This document shows, piece by piece, positions 31,007-40,311 of a stretch of DNA of 64,000 bases; position 1 is the first letter of the stretch; each line of letters starts with the position of its first letter. This DNA comes from Candidatus Omnitrophota bacterium (lineage in GTDB: Bacteria > Omnitrophota > Gorgyraeia > Gygaellales > Profunditerraquicolaceae), in the NCBI GenBank assembly GCA_041653955.1, contig JBAZEH010000001.1, forward strand, positions 53,342 to 117,341. Direction: 5' to 3'. The position numbers were made by a program, and so were the translations under genes. The notes beneath the pieces were generated by a model. It did not search any database. It was not told the origin of the DNA and saw only the letters and a list, made by a program, of their open reading frames with translations.

Positions 31007-31623
31007 CTCTTCGCTTTATTCAGGTTATTCGCGATCTTCCGTATATGATGATAAACGGAGGCTGCGAAATCCAGCATATTCAGGAACATATTACAGGCAA
31101 GGGGAGTGCATACCCCATCCATCATCCTCTGGTCATGGCGCTTACGGTACTCATCCACTAATTTATCTATCTGCTTATCCTGCTTGGCCACCTCGCTCAT
31201 CAGGGAATAATCGTCTTTCTCCATCGCGAAAACCACATCCCCAAGCGCCTTCTCCGCCCTGGAATAAAGGTCGCTGTATTCTTTTACCGCGTCATCGCTA
31301 AAGAGCAGCTTCTCTTCTATCTTTATCTGGACCCTTTCAAGTATATCCTTGCAATAATCTCCGATCATCTCCAGGTCGCCCACTATATCGGCATAAAATG
31401 TTACCTTCTCCTTATCCTTTTTCTGCAAAGAGACCCTGCCAAACTCCACCAATTCCGCGGTTATACCTTCTTCCAGCTTATTCAGGTTTTTCTCTTTTTC
31501 CAATATCACGGAGATAAGGTCCAGGTCCTGCTCCATAAAGACCCTGTAAGTAAGCTGCCACATCTCCAGGGTGACCCTGGACATTGCCGATATCTCCTGT
31601 TTTATCTCACTTAATTGCGGCAT
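31003..31623 (-). CDS. PhoU-domain protein embedded in the hydrogenase-Mrp operon.
   Basis: Two-repeat helical protein; YADIVGDLEMIGDYCKDILE resembles the PhoU signature. Confidence 0.5.
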   Translation of the reverse strand: MPQLSEIKQEISAMSRVTLEMWQLTYRVFMEQDLDLISVILEKEKNLNKLEEGITAELVEFGRVSLQKKDKEKVTFYADIVGDLEMIGDYCKDILERVQIKIEEKLLFSDDAVKEYSDLYSRAEKALGDVVFAMEKDDYSLMSEVAKQDKQIDKLVDEYRKRHDQRMMDGVCTPLACNMFLNMLDFAASVYHHIRKIANNLNKAKR

Positions 31624-32803
31624 TACGCGCCTCCTGCATTCTCCGTGTTTTCTCTTGAGAAAGTTTTATCAGGTCCCATCCGTTCATTATCTTTTTATCC
31701 GTGCCCCTGTCTAAGACTGCCAGCCTCTCCGTACAGCAATAACAGGGGTCTACCGCTGCCAGCGTTATAGCCGCATCCGATATTGTCCCTCCCACGGCGG
31801 CCACTTTATTGGATGCTACATTAGCATAGCTGGGCGCGCGGATCTTATGCCTGACGGGCCTGTTAGTGCCGTCGCTTCTTACGTAATGAAAACACTCTCC
31901 CCTTGGCGCCTCGACGCGGCCTATACCGTCTCCGGGCGGAACATCCTTTATATCAGCGTCGATCTCGCCTTTGGGCATCTTATCCAGGCACTGGCGGATT
32001 ATGCGTATGGATTCATGCATCTCCAATATCCTTACTATGGTTTTGGCAAATACATCTCCGTCCTTCTCGGTGATCACGTTCCAGTCAACCTTATCATATG
32101 CCCCATAAGGATCATCCCTGCGTATATCTATATTTATTCCTGAAGCCCTTGCCGTGGGTCCGACAACACACCAGTCAACCGCCTGCTGTCTGGTCAGGAT
32201 ACCTACCCCTTTAAGGCGCGCCTGTATCACGGGATCATCCATAACAGCCCCCTTAAACATATCTACGGCGCCAGACAGCTCATCCAATACCTTCTTAAGC
32301 GCGGGGATATCTTCTTCTTTTATATCGCGGCGCACCCCGCCGACTTTCATCATGGCGTAATGGTTACGATTGCCGCTGATCATTTCAAACATATTAAGTA
32401 TCGGCTCGCGGTATTTCCATGCCCACATCCAAACCGTATTGTAACCGATAAAATGCCCTGCCAACCCAAGCCACAATAGATGGCTGTGTATCCTCTCCAT
32501 CTCCGCGATAACCGTGCGGATATAAAGCGCACGTTCCGGGACCTGTATCCTTCCTAAGTCTTCCACGGCATTTACATAAGCGAATGGATGTGAAGTAGAG
32601 CATATACCGCAGATACGTTCAACCAGAAATGCCACCTGGTCAAAATGCTTATGTTCGGACAATTCCTCGATCCCCCGGTGCATATAACCGATGACTATAT
32701 CTATATCGACTACCTTTTCCCCTTCCACGTACAGCCGGAAAAACTCCGGTTCCTCCTGCAAGGGATGATAAGGGCCTATAGGCAGGACGATTTTATGACT
32801 CAT
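31607..32803 (-). CDS. Group-4 (energy-converting) [NiFe]-hydrogenase large subunit (NuoD/EchE/MbhL-like).
   Basis: N-terminal RICGIC and C-terminal DPCYCC Ni-Fe ligands are retained; C-terminal tail after DPCxxC fits HycI-type cleavage. Confidence 0.85.
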   Translation of the reverse strand: MSHKIVLPIGPYHPLQEEPEFFRLYVEGEKVVDIDIVIGYMHRGIEELSEHKHFDQVAFLVERICGICSTSHPFAYVNAVEDLGRIQVPERALYIRTVIAEMERIHSHLLWLGLAGHFIGYNTVWMWAWKYREPILNMFEMISGNRNHYAMMKVGGVRRDIKEEDIPALKKVLDELSGAVDMFKGAVMDDPVIQARLKGVGILTRQQAVDWCVVGPTARASGINIDIRRDDPYGAYDKVDWNVITEKDGDVFAKTIVRILEMHESIRIIRQCLDKMPKGEIDADIKDVPPGDGIGRVEAPRGECFHYVRSDGTNRPVRHKIRAPSYANVASNKVAAVGGTISDAAITLAAVDPCYCCTERLAVLDRGTDKKIMNGWDLIKLSQEKTRRMQEARNAAIK

Positions 32804-33227
32804 GGCTGTGCCTCAACGGGTATTTACCTTGCGGCCATTCATCTATCAAAAGCAGGTGCGTAAGGTTGGGGTGGCCGACAAAATCGACTCCCAATAACTC
32901 CCATATCTCGCGCTCTATCCACTCCGCGCCTTTAAAGAGCGAAGCGATAGAGTCTATCCTGGGGTTTTTCTTATCTTCTATCAAAAGGCACACGGAGAAT
33001 ACCTGCCCGGCCTTATCGTAACAAAAATGGTAAAGCATTTCTATCCCCTTGGGGGTATCCTGGCCGGTAGCTATAGAAAACCTTAGTTTCAGTTCGTTGA
33101 ATAGTATGCCCGCGACCTCTTTGATATCCTGGGGCTTTATCCAAAAGTATATCCTTTTGGATGAATGCTCGTTCCAGCCAGTTATCTTGCTTCCCAGTTT
33201 CTCTTTTATCTCTCCGACCATAGACAT
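32793..33227 (-). CDS. Hydrogenase NuoC-like subunit (EchD/MbhK).
   Basis: NuoC/30-kDa-subunit fold; WIEREIWELLGVDFVGHPNL. Confidence 0.75.
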   Translation of the reverse strand: MSMVGEIKEKLGSKITGWNEHSSKRIYFWIKPQDIKEVAGILFNELKLRFSIATGQDTPKGIEMLYHFCYDKAGQVFSVCLLIEDKKNPRIDSIASLFKGAEWIEREIWELLGVDFVGHPNLTHLLLIDEWPQGKYPLRHSHES

Positions 33228-33658
33228 TATTTTTCGCCTCTTACTTTCTTTATTAATTTAGCTATCCCCGCTATCATCGCTTCCGGCTTTGGAGGGCAGC
33301 CGGGTATATAGACATCCACCGGCACAATCTCATCCACCGCGCAGGGAGAATTATAAGAATCCCTGAACATTATCCTGCCGCAGGCGCATCCACCGATAGC
33401 AACGACCACGCAGGGCTTAGCCGCCTGGTCATATATTTTCTTCAGCCTCTCTTTGGTCTTATAGTTAGGCACCCCGGTAACCAGAAGCGCGTCCGCGTGA
33501 CGGACGCTCCCCACAAGCACTATCCCCAGCCGCTCAATATCATAGCGCGGCGTAAGCAGGTCCAATATCTCTATATCGCAATTATTACAGGGAGAACAGG
33601 CAGCGTGGAATACCCATATTGATTTAGTAAGTGCTTTTAATTTAATGCTCATCTTCAA
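33227..33658 (-). CDS. Hydrogenase small subunit (NuoB/EchC/MbhJ-like).
   Basis: Proximal-cluster cysteines: CNNCDIE ... GGCACGRIMF ... PGCPPKPE. Confidence 0.85.
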   Translation of the reverse strand: MKMSIKLKALTKSIWVFHAACSPCNNCDIEILDLLTPRYDIERLGIVLVGSVRHADALLVTGVPNYKTKERLKKIYDQAAKPCVVVAIGGCACGRIMFRDSYNSPCAVDEIVPVDVYIPGCPPKPEAMIAGIAKLIKKVRGEK

Positions 33659-34602
33659 TACCCCGATACGGCCAATCCTACCGCCATAACCGCGAGTATG
33701 GTCATGGGCCCCCAGAAGAATTTCAGCGCCTGGTCAATGCGCAGACGGGGGTTGGTATTTTTGATCAATATAATTACTACCAATAACACGGTATATTTAC
33801 CTATTAAAGCTAACGGGGAAAGGCTGCTTCCCCAGAATAGGGCTACCAATAATAAAGGCATCGTATAAAGCAGGAGCGCCTTGGTCATTTTGAATACGGC
33901 CAGCGGCAGCCCGGAATATTCAATAAGGACCCCCGCCATTATCTCCTGTTCCGCTTCAGATATATCAAAGGGAACGAAACCCAGCTTTGCCTGCATGCAG
34001 AATATGCTTACGATAAACGCCAACGCCCCGGACCAGGATGCCAGGTTAGAACCGAAATTTATCTGGTGGTTAAGTATGGAACCCAGTTGTATGCTTCCCG
34101 CGCTCCTGATCACCACAGCGATCACCGAGAGTATGAACGGGAGTTCATACGCCATGACGAGTTTCATCTCTCTTGACGCGCCCACCGAAGCGAGGGGGTT
34201 ACGCGAACTGGATGCCCCAATTATCATACCTATGGCCGGGATTACCAGAAGGTATAATATAACGATCAGGTCCCCGGTAAAACTCTCAAGGGGAGAGCGC
34301 ACGGTAAGGCCCGTGATAGTAGCTACCATTATAGTGCTCAATAATCCCGCGAAAGGCGCCAAAAGAAAGGTCAATTTTGCCGCGCCCTGGGGTATGATCG
34401 TTTCCTTGCCAAGCAACTTTACTATATCTATAAAATTCTGGTACCACGGAGGGCCCACGCGCCACTGTATTCGGGCGGTAACCTTCCTGTCTACCCATCC
34501 GGCCAAAAGCCCGACGCAGGAGCTGAAAAGAAAACCGGGGAATATCAGATAACTGAATATTATCTTCATCTCTTCTTTATCTGCAGGTCCTCCTTTGACC
34601 AC
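33655..34602 (-). CDS. Hydrogenase membrane subunit (NuoH/HycD/EchB/MbhM-like).
   Basis: NuoH-family 8-TM protein; RKVTARIQWRVGPPW. Confidence 0.8.
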   Translation of the reverse strand: MVKGGPADKEEMKIIFSYLIFPGFLFSSCVGLLAGWVDRKVTARIQWRVGPPWYQNFIDIVKLLGKETIIPQGAAKLTFLLAPFAGLLSTIMVATITGLTVRSPLESFTGDLIVILYLLVIPAIGMIIGASSSRNPLASVGASREMKLVMAYELPFILSVIAVVIRSAGSIQLGSILNHQINFGSNLASWSGALAFIVSIFCMQAKLGFVPFDISEAEQEIMAGVLIEYSGLPLAVFKMTKALLLYTMPLLLVALFWGSSLSPLALIGKYTVLLVVIILIKNTNPRLRIDQALKFFWGPMTILAVMAVGLAVSGY

Positions 34603-35057
34603 TTAAGGGTATGCACCGCCAGATGATCTCCTACAAAATAAATATTTTTCTCCGGGTCCTCTGCGACCTCTTTGACCTCTATCGCCTTCTCTGGGCATGT
34701 GGTTACGCATTTAGGGAGTTTACCGGATACGCCTACGCAATAATCACAACGGGAGTCCAGGTAAGGAATAAAATCCTGGAAGATTATCCCGAAAGGGCAG
34801 GCGACGCTGCAGGACTTGCAGCTTGTGCAGCGCATCTTATAACGCTTAAGATGGCCGTCCGCGGAACGCTCAAGCGCATTATGATAGCAGGAGTTCACGC
34901 AGGGGGCCTCTTCGCAATGACGGCAGATAGTAGCAAAGGTCGCGTATTCGCGCAGCGATGTAACCCCGTTATTCTGCGGATGATAGAAATAATCGCAGGT
35001 TACCTTGCACTCCTCGCATTTAGCGCAAACTTCAAGATCAACGAATAACCTTTTCAT
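34566..35057 (-). CDS. Polyferredoxin-like 4Fe-4S protein (HycB/HydN-like).
   Basis: Several CxxCxxCxxxCP-type clusters across 163 aa. Confidence 0.7.
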   Translation of the reverse strand: MKRLFVDLEVCAKCEECKVTCDYFYHPQNNGVTSLREYATFATICRHCEEAPCVNSCYHNALERSADGHLKRYKMRCTSCKSCSVACPFGIIFQDFIPYLDSRCDYCVGVSGKLPKCVTTCPEKAIEVKEVAEDPEKNIYFVGDHLAVHTLKWSKEDLQIKKR

Positions 35058-35060
35058 AAA

Positions 35061-35876
35061 TCAATCCCAGATATCGTGCGTATCCTTTAATTGGTCATAA
35101 GTAAAGACCGGGCCGTCTTTACAGGTATAATAACTTCCTAAACGGCAATGCCCGCATTTACCAAGGCCGCAGGACATATTCTTTTCCATGGAGAGATATA
35201 TACCCTCCGGGTCAAACCCCAGGTCCAATAATTTCAATGTAACGAATTTCATCATTATCGGAGGGCCGCATACTATACAGACCGCTTTCTTCAGGTCCAC
35301 CGGAACGTCTTTCAATATCGTGGTGACCAGGCCCACATTCCCTTTCCAGCCCGGGGTACCCACGTCCACGGTAGTCACTATATCTACCTTTTTCTTCTTT
35401 GCCCACTGGGGAATAGCTTCCTTGTATATGATGTCGTTTGCCGTGCGCGCGCCGTAGCGCAGGACCACTTTATTATATTTGTCTATTTCCGAAAAGAGGC
35501 TGAAAAGCAGGGAGCGCAGCGGCGCCAGCCCTACCCCTCCTCCCACTATCAGGATATCCTTGCCCGCGAATTTTTCAAGCGGATACCCTTTGCCATACGG
35601 GCCGCGTATCCCTAATGATATATTCTTTTCGCTGGTGTGCAAAATAGAGGTGATCTTGCCGGCCTTCATGATCGTCACATCCATCTTGTCCGTTATATTA
35701 GGGTCGGATGAAGGAGTAAAAGGGGCTTCCCCTATCCCCGGCAGAGTCAGCTCTATGAACTGCCCTGTCCTGAACTCAAATGGCTCCTTAGGCCTTAAGA
35801 CAAATGTCTTAATTGTAGGGCTTTCAATGATTATATCTTCAAGTATCGCTTCCTTGGGAGCGTAAATATTATTCAT
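35061..35876 (-). CDS. FAD/NAD(P)-binding [2Fe-2S] oxidoreductase (AsrB / sulfhydrogenase gamma / PyrK-like).
   Basis: RxFT flavin motif (EFRTGQFIEL), GGGVGLAPLRSL NAD(P) motif and C-terminal CGxGxCxxC [2Fe-2S] motif. Confidence 0.8.
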   Translation of the reverse strand: MNNIYAPKEAILEDIIIESPTIKTFVLRPKEPFEFRTGQFIELTLPGIGEAPFTPSSDPNITDKMDVTIMKAGKITSILHTSEKNISLGIRGPYGKGYPLEKFAGKDILIVGGGVGLAPLRSLLFSLFSEIDKYNKVVLRYGARTANDIIYKEAIPQWAKKKKVDIVTTVDVGTPGWKGNVGLVTTILKDVPVDLKKAVCIVCGPPIMMKFVTLKLLDLGFDPEGIYLSMEKNMSCGLGKCGHCRLGSYYTCKDGPVFTYDQLKDTHDIWD

Positions 35877-36934
35877 TTCGCGCCACCGAGCTTGACAGCC
35901 AGGTCCTTCAATACTTCCCTTATATCTATCTTACCCGGGCATACCTCAATGCACCTGCCGCAGCCGCAACATGCGGGCATACCTAAATTATCTATGAAAA
36001 AATCAAACTTCTTGGTAAATCTGAATCTTAGCCTTTGCGCCCTTAGTTTATTTGGATTTGCCCCGCCCGCTACCCTGGCGTAATTGGCGTATAAACACGC
36101 GTCCCACAACTTGACCTTCTTATTAGTGCTGCCTTCTTTTTTATCCGCCAGCAGGAAACAATGGCAGGTATCACATATAAAATTGCACCCGCCGCATTCA
36201 ACGCAGGTGCTCATGAACTTCTGCCAGGTATCCAGGCTGTAGCCGTCCTTAACCAGCCTTTGCACGCTGTCCTTAGAAACCAGGTGTTGGGGCAGAAGGT
36301 GCTTTTTTAACCGCTCTATGAGGCTCTCTCTCTTTGCCTTACGCGATGCTATCTGGGTATCCCTGGCTGGAGAAAAAAACTCTTTATACTGCTGTATCAA
36401 CTCCTCGCCTTTTTTTGAGCCCACTTCCACAAGATAACCTTCGCTTAAAGGAGAAAGGTTAATGTCGAATCCTTCCGCCGGATGCGGCAATATCTCCCAG
36501 GCAAGGCAATGGCAGACATCCTTAAAGTCAGTGCAGTCGCTTGAGATAATCACCGTATTTTCGCGCCTTAAACGATAGATAGGATCTACCTCTACTCCTT
36601 CCAGGAATACGAAATCCTGGACCTTATGCCCTGCTATATCACACGCCTTGACCCCGAATATAACCACGCGTTCCGGCTGTGCGACAGGCCGGCCTGGCGA
36701 GAAATATTCCGCCGCCTCGTCCTGCGCGTAAGTAAAGAATGATTTAAGGGGTTCGACTGCGCGGTAAGGGTTGAATTGGAAGGGTTCACCTTCGGGAGTC
36801 TCCCTGAAGGAATAATCAGTCCTTTTGGTGAAATTCTGTTCTTTCGCAACCGGAGAGAATACCCTGTACCTTCTCTTCAGGTCATTAAAGAAACTCTCAA
36901 ACCGGCCGGATTCAATATAGTATATATTATACAT
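35873..36934 (-). CDS. AsrA / sulfhydrogenase beta-like FeS subunit. The probable start is the ATG at 36934 (MYNIYY...); the ORF-track extension to 37000 is less likely.
   Basis: CVECGGCNFICDTCHC and CCGCGRCIEVCP cluster motifs. Confidence 0.7.
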   Translation of the reverse strand: MYNIYYIESGRFESFFNDLKRRYRVFSPVAKEQNFTKRTDYSFRETPEGEPFQFNPYRAVEPLKSFFTYAQDEAAEYFSPGRPVAQPERVVIFGVKACDIAGHKVQDFVFLEGVEVDPIYRLRRENTVIISSDCTDFKDVCHCLAWEILPHPAEGFDINLSPLSEGYLVEVGSKKGEELIQQYKEFFSPARDTQIASRKAKRESLIERLKKHLLPQHLVSKDSVQRLVKDGYSLDTWQKFMSTCVECGGCNFICDTCHCFLLADKKEGSTNKKVKLWDACLYANYARVAGGANPNKLRAQRLRFRFTKKFDFFIDNLGMPACCGCGRCIEVCPGKIDIREVLKDLAVKLGGAK

Positions 36935-36943
36935 CCTGGGAGA

Positions 36944-36973
36944 ATTATAAAAAATGGGAGGGATATTATGCAA
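36944..36973 (-). promoter_or_regulatory. Candidate promoter of the hydrogenase-Mrp operon: TTGCAT, 18 nt, TATAAT, then 9 nt to the ATG (near-leaderless).
   Basis: Read directly on the minus strand; a second TTGACA candidate lies near 37026-37031. Confidence 0.3.
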
Positions 36974-37061
36974 AATACCACAAAATAGCCCTGACAACAA
37001 AAAGGTTATAATAAAATACTATATTTACCCCTTATTGTCAAGAAAAAAAACAGTAATCGCG

Positions 37062-38831
37062 CTACTCTCTTGTGCGGTAGGGCTCAAGTAGCCTTAAAAA
37101 CTCGGGGTCTACTGCATTACCCAATTGCAGCACCTTATCGCAATGCCTTACCGCAAGCCTATATTCTCTCTGCTGATAATAGAAGACAGCCAGGTTAAAA
37201 TGCGCTATCGCAAAATCCGGATCGATCTCAACCGCCCTCTCCCATAACGTAATAGCCCTCTTAACTTCTCCGGTATCAGCATATAAGGCTGCCAGGTTAT
37301 TATGGGCCTCAAGGTAAGCAGGGCTTAATTCTATTGCCTTTGAATATGCCTTTACCGCCTCGCTCGCTTCTCCAGCCTTATCATATAAATCTCCCAACTC
37401 ATAATATGCTGAACTTTCTGCGGGCCGCATTCCCAGTAATCTCTGATACGCCGCGATAGCATCTTTATACCTACCCAGCGCTTTATAACATACGCCAAGC
37501 GCCTCATATAGCCTGCTGTTACCCGGCACCCTCCTAATCGCTTCCTTATAATAATCCGCAGCCTCCTTAAAGTTACCCCTATTGTAATACTCTAACCCTA
37601 ACTGTTCATAAAAAACATAGTTATCGGAATATTGCATGGACCTTTTCATAAAAACAATGGGGTCGCTCCAGTAAACATTTTGCCGCGCTGTCAGATAGGA
37701 ATAAAAACACAACAGGGCCACGGTTGAAAATACTGCTGCCGCCTTTAATCTGCTCCCATATAAGGAAACCAGGGACCTCGCCAAAACAAGAAAGAACCCT
37801 ATCGACGGTATATAGAGCCAATGCTCTTTCATAAAGGATTCATTTATCTTATAGATGTTGGCGGACGGCAAAAGCGTTATATAAAACCAGATGACGGAAA
37901 AAAATAATAGCTTATCCTTCCTTCTTCTTTTGAAAGCATATACCGTCAAAAATACCGTTATGGCCATACCTATGATTACCGCGGGATCACTGAAACGAAA
38001 AAGCCGGCTGCCATAATCAACACGCAGATCAAATGGCAAAACCAGGATCCTCAAATAAAAAACAAGGGCCGAGAAAAAACCCGGTATCCTTGAAAAAAAA
38101 GTCCGGGCATCAGGAGTGTAGGGCAGGAGCGATTCGGTTAAAAGGCGGCTTAAAACGGATATCCTTATGATAATATAGCTGAGGCTTACTGCCAGGATGG
38201 ATAAGAATAAACCCGGCTTAATCTTCTTTGTAAAGGTAAAATGATATAATAAGATCAAAAGAGGCGCAATAAGCGCGTTTTCTTTGGATAAAAGCGCGCA
38301 GACAAAACTTAATAGCGTAAGGGCATACAATTTCCTGCTCCCCGAAGAAAGCTGTTTAGAATATAAAATGACCATAACCAGCATAAAGAGCGCAACCAGG
38401 GGTTCGGCCCTGCCGGATATGCTCGCTATGGCTTCTACATGCGCCGGATGCGCTATAAATAATAAGCTCGTGAGAAATGCAACTACCCTTTGTTCAAAGA
38501 GCGCGGTAACCATCCAATAAATGCATAACGATACGATAATATGCAATATCAGATTTATCAGATGGTAACCAAATTCATTGAGCCCCCACAGCGCGTAATC
38601 AATCATATAGGTAACCATCTGAAATGGGCGGTAAAAAAAGGAAGGAACTCCGGATCCTGCTCCTATATCTTCAGTGAATAATCCCGGGAGATAAGAGAAG
38701 CTGGTAATATGGGAGTTATTCTTTACATAACAATAATCGTCCCATATGAATTTTCCGGACAAGGAATTAAAATATACAAGAAAACCCAGGAGCGCAATTA
38801 AGGCAACCTGGGCGTATATTCTCTTTTTCAT
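37062..38831 (-). CDS. TMTC-like membrane/TPR protein (paralog of 11222-12970).
   Basis: FNSLSGKFIWDDY motif, polytopic N-terminal domain, C-terminal TPR repeats. Confidence 0.6.
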   Translation of the reverse strand: MKKRIYAQVALIALLGFLVYFNSLSGKFIWDDYCYVKNNSHITSFSYLPGLFTEDIGAGSGVPSFFYRPFQMVTYMIDYALWGLNEFGYHLINLILHIIVSLCIYWMVTALFEQRVVAFLTSLLFIAHPAHVEAIASISGRAEPLVALFMLVMVILYSKQLSSGSRKLYALTLLSFVCALLSKENALIAPLLILLYHFTFTKKIKPGLFLSILAVSLSYIIIRISVLSRLLTESLLPYTPDARTFFSRIPGFFSALVFYLRILVLPFDLRVDYGSRLFRFSDPAVIIGMAITVFLTVYAFKRRRKDKLLFFSVIWFYITLLPSANIYKINESFMKEHWLYIPSIGFFLVLARSLVSLYGSRLKAAAVFSTVALLCFYSYLTARQNVYWSDPIVFMKRSMQYSDNYVFYEQLGLEYYNRGNFKEAADYYKEAIRRVPGNSRLYEALGVCYKALGRYKDAIAAYQRLLGMRPAESSAYYELGDLYDKAGEASEAVKAYSKAIELSPAYLEAHNNLAALYADTGEVKRAITLWERAVEIDPDFAIAHFNLAVFYYQQREYRLAVRHCDKVLQLGNAVDPEFLRLLEPYRTRE

Positions 38832-38847
38832 CTTGTGAACCTAATGA

Positions 38848-39303
38848 TCAGGAAGATACTCTTGAAAGCCTCTCTTTTACTAAATCGCTAACTAATTTAG
38901 AATCCGCGCGGCCGGCTATCTTCGCGGAAACCTCTTTCATTACCCGGCCCATATCCTTCATACTGGACGCGGAAGTTAACAGGACGGCTTCCTCTATGAT
39001 CTTCCTGACCTCAAGATCGGGAAGCTCTTCAGGCAGGTATGATTTCAGGATAACCAGCTCTTTTATCTCTTTATCGGCCAGATCCTGGCGGTTCCCTTTC
39101 TGGAATTGTTCTATAGAATCCTGGCGCTGTTTTACCTGTTTCTTTATCACCGCTATGCATTCATTATCGTCAAGGTTGTTCTTTTTCTTCTCCAGCGCCG
39201 CGCTCATCATCGCGGCGCGCAGGTAACTAAGCACCGAACTCTTTAACGCGTCCCTGCTCTTCATCGCCTCTTTATAATCATTAAAGATCTTCTCTTCAAA
39301 CAT
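38848..39303 (-). CDS. GatB/YqeY-domain protein.
   Basis: Typical YqeY helical domain; about 150 aa. Confidence 0.7.
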   Translation of the reverse strand: MFEEKIFNDYKEAMKSRDALKSSVLSYLRAAMMSAALEKKKNNLDDNECIAVIKKQVKQRQDSIEQFQKGNRQDLADKEIKELVILKSYLPEELPDLEVRKIIEEAVLLTSASSMKDMGRVMKEVSAKIAGRADSKLVSDLVKERLSRVSS

Positions 39304-39318
39304 AGGTCCTCCCTGATT

Positions 39319-40230
39319 TTAGAATAAGACACATTCGCGCAGCCTTAGCATCCTGCCCCGCAGGTCCTTAAGGGTAAGGCGGCTTGTGCGCTTTAAACCG
39401 AAATCCTCGATATTAAAAGAGGCGGCGGCCGTGCCGTAGGCGATCGCCCTGCGGATCGTATCCGCGTTTATCTTCCCTTTTTGAGACAGATAACCCATAA
39501 AAGCTCCGGCGAATGTATCTCCTGCCCCGGTAGGATCTACCACTTTTTCCGTAGGATAAGCGGGGATGGAAAAGATGAATTTATCGCTGCAGAAGAGTAC
39601 GCCGTGCTCGCCTTTTTTAACCAGGACCATCTTCGGGCCGTAAAAGCGTAAACACCTGGCAGCCCTGATCAGGTTATCCTCTCCGGAAAGTGACTTTGCT
39701 TCCTGGTCATTGGCAACATAAATATCAACCATCTTGAGGAGCCGCTTAAGGGGTCTTAATTTATGGTGTATCCAGTAATTCATGCTATCCAGCCCCACCA
39801 GGCTCGGAGAACGCATACGTAAAAGCAGGTGCCTCTGTATATCCGGGTCTACGTTAGCCAGGAATATATGTTTTATTTTTCTCTGCTCTTCCGAAACAGT
39901 CGGCCTGAACGCCGAAAGCACTCCGAGTTCGGTGTTCAAGGTAAGGGCTGTATTGAGATCACCCTTATATTCTCCTTCCCAGTGGAAAGTCCTGCCATTC
40001 CCTTTGATAAGCGAGGTCAGGATCACGCCTTTCCTGCGCAGGAAATCTATATGTTCAGCGGGGAAATCCTCTCCGATTATGGCTACCAGGTTTACGCTGG
40101 TGAAAAGGCGGCAGGACATAGAGAAGTGCGCGGCCGAACCTCCCAACATGCGCTTTCTTATGCCGAAAGGGGTCTTTACGGTATCCAGTGCTACGGTTCC
40201 TAAAACTATTATAGACATAAATGAGCGCAT
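39319..40230 (-). CDS. PfkB-family carbohydrate kinase (ribokinase-like).
   Basis: DPTGAGDTFAGAF C-terminal signature. Confidence 0.75.
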   Translation of the reverse strand: MRSFMSIIVLGTVALDTVKTPFGIRKRMLGGSAAHFSMSCRLFTSVNLVAIIGEDFPAEHIDFLRRKGVILTSLIKGNGRTFHWEGEYKGDLNTALTLNTELGVLSAFRPTVSEEQRKIKHIFLANVDPDIQRHLLLRMRSPSLVGLDSMNYWIHHKLRPLKRLLKMVDIYVANDQEAKSLSGEDNLIRAARCLRFYGPKMVLVKKGEHGVLFCSDKFIFSIPAYPTEKVVDPTGAGDTFAGAFMGYLSQKGKINADTIRRAIAYGTAAASFNIEDFGLKRTSRLTLKDLRGRMLRLRECVLF

Positions 40231-40311
40231 AACTTACACAACGTTAGTGAACGTAAGTTATTTGCGCGAATTTACCTCCCACCTTATTAATAACCATAAA
40301 AGGGAGAAAGG

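Noticed and set aside
33881-34552. A 223-aa plus-strand ORF inside the NuoH-like gene, plus many similar 60-190-aa plus-strand ORFs (e.g. 3947-4459, 6134-6562, 40400-40969, 54968-55471, 57292-57888).
   Set aside because: All lie fully inside well-supported minus-strand genes and have low-complexity or Ser/Pro/Arg-rich composition typical of antisense frames.
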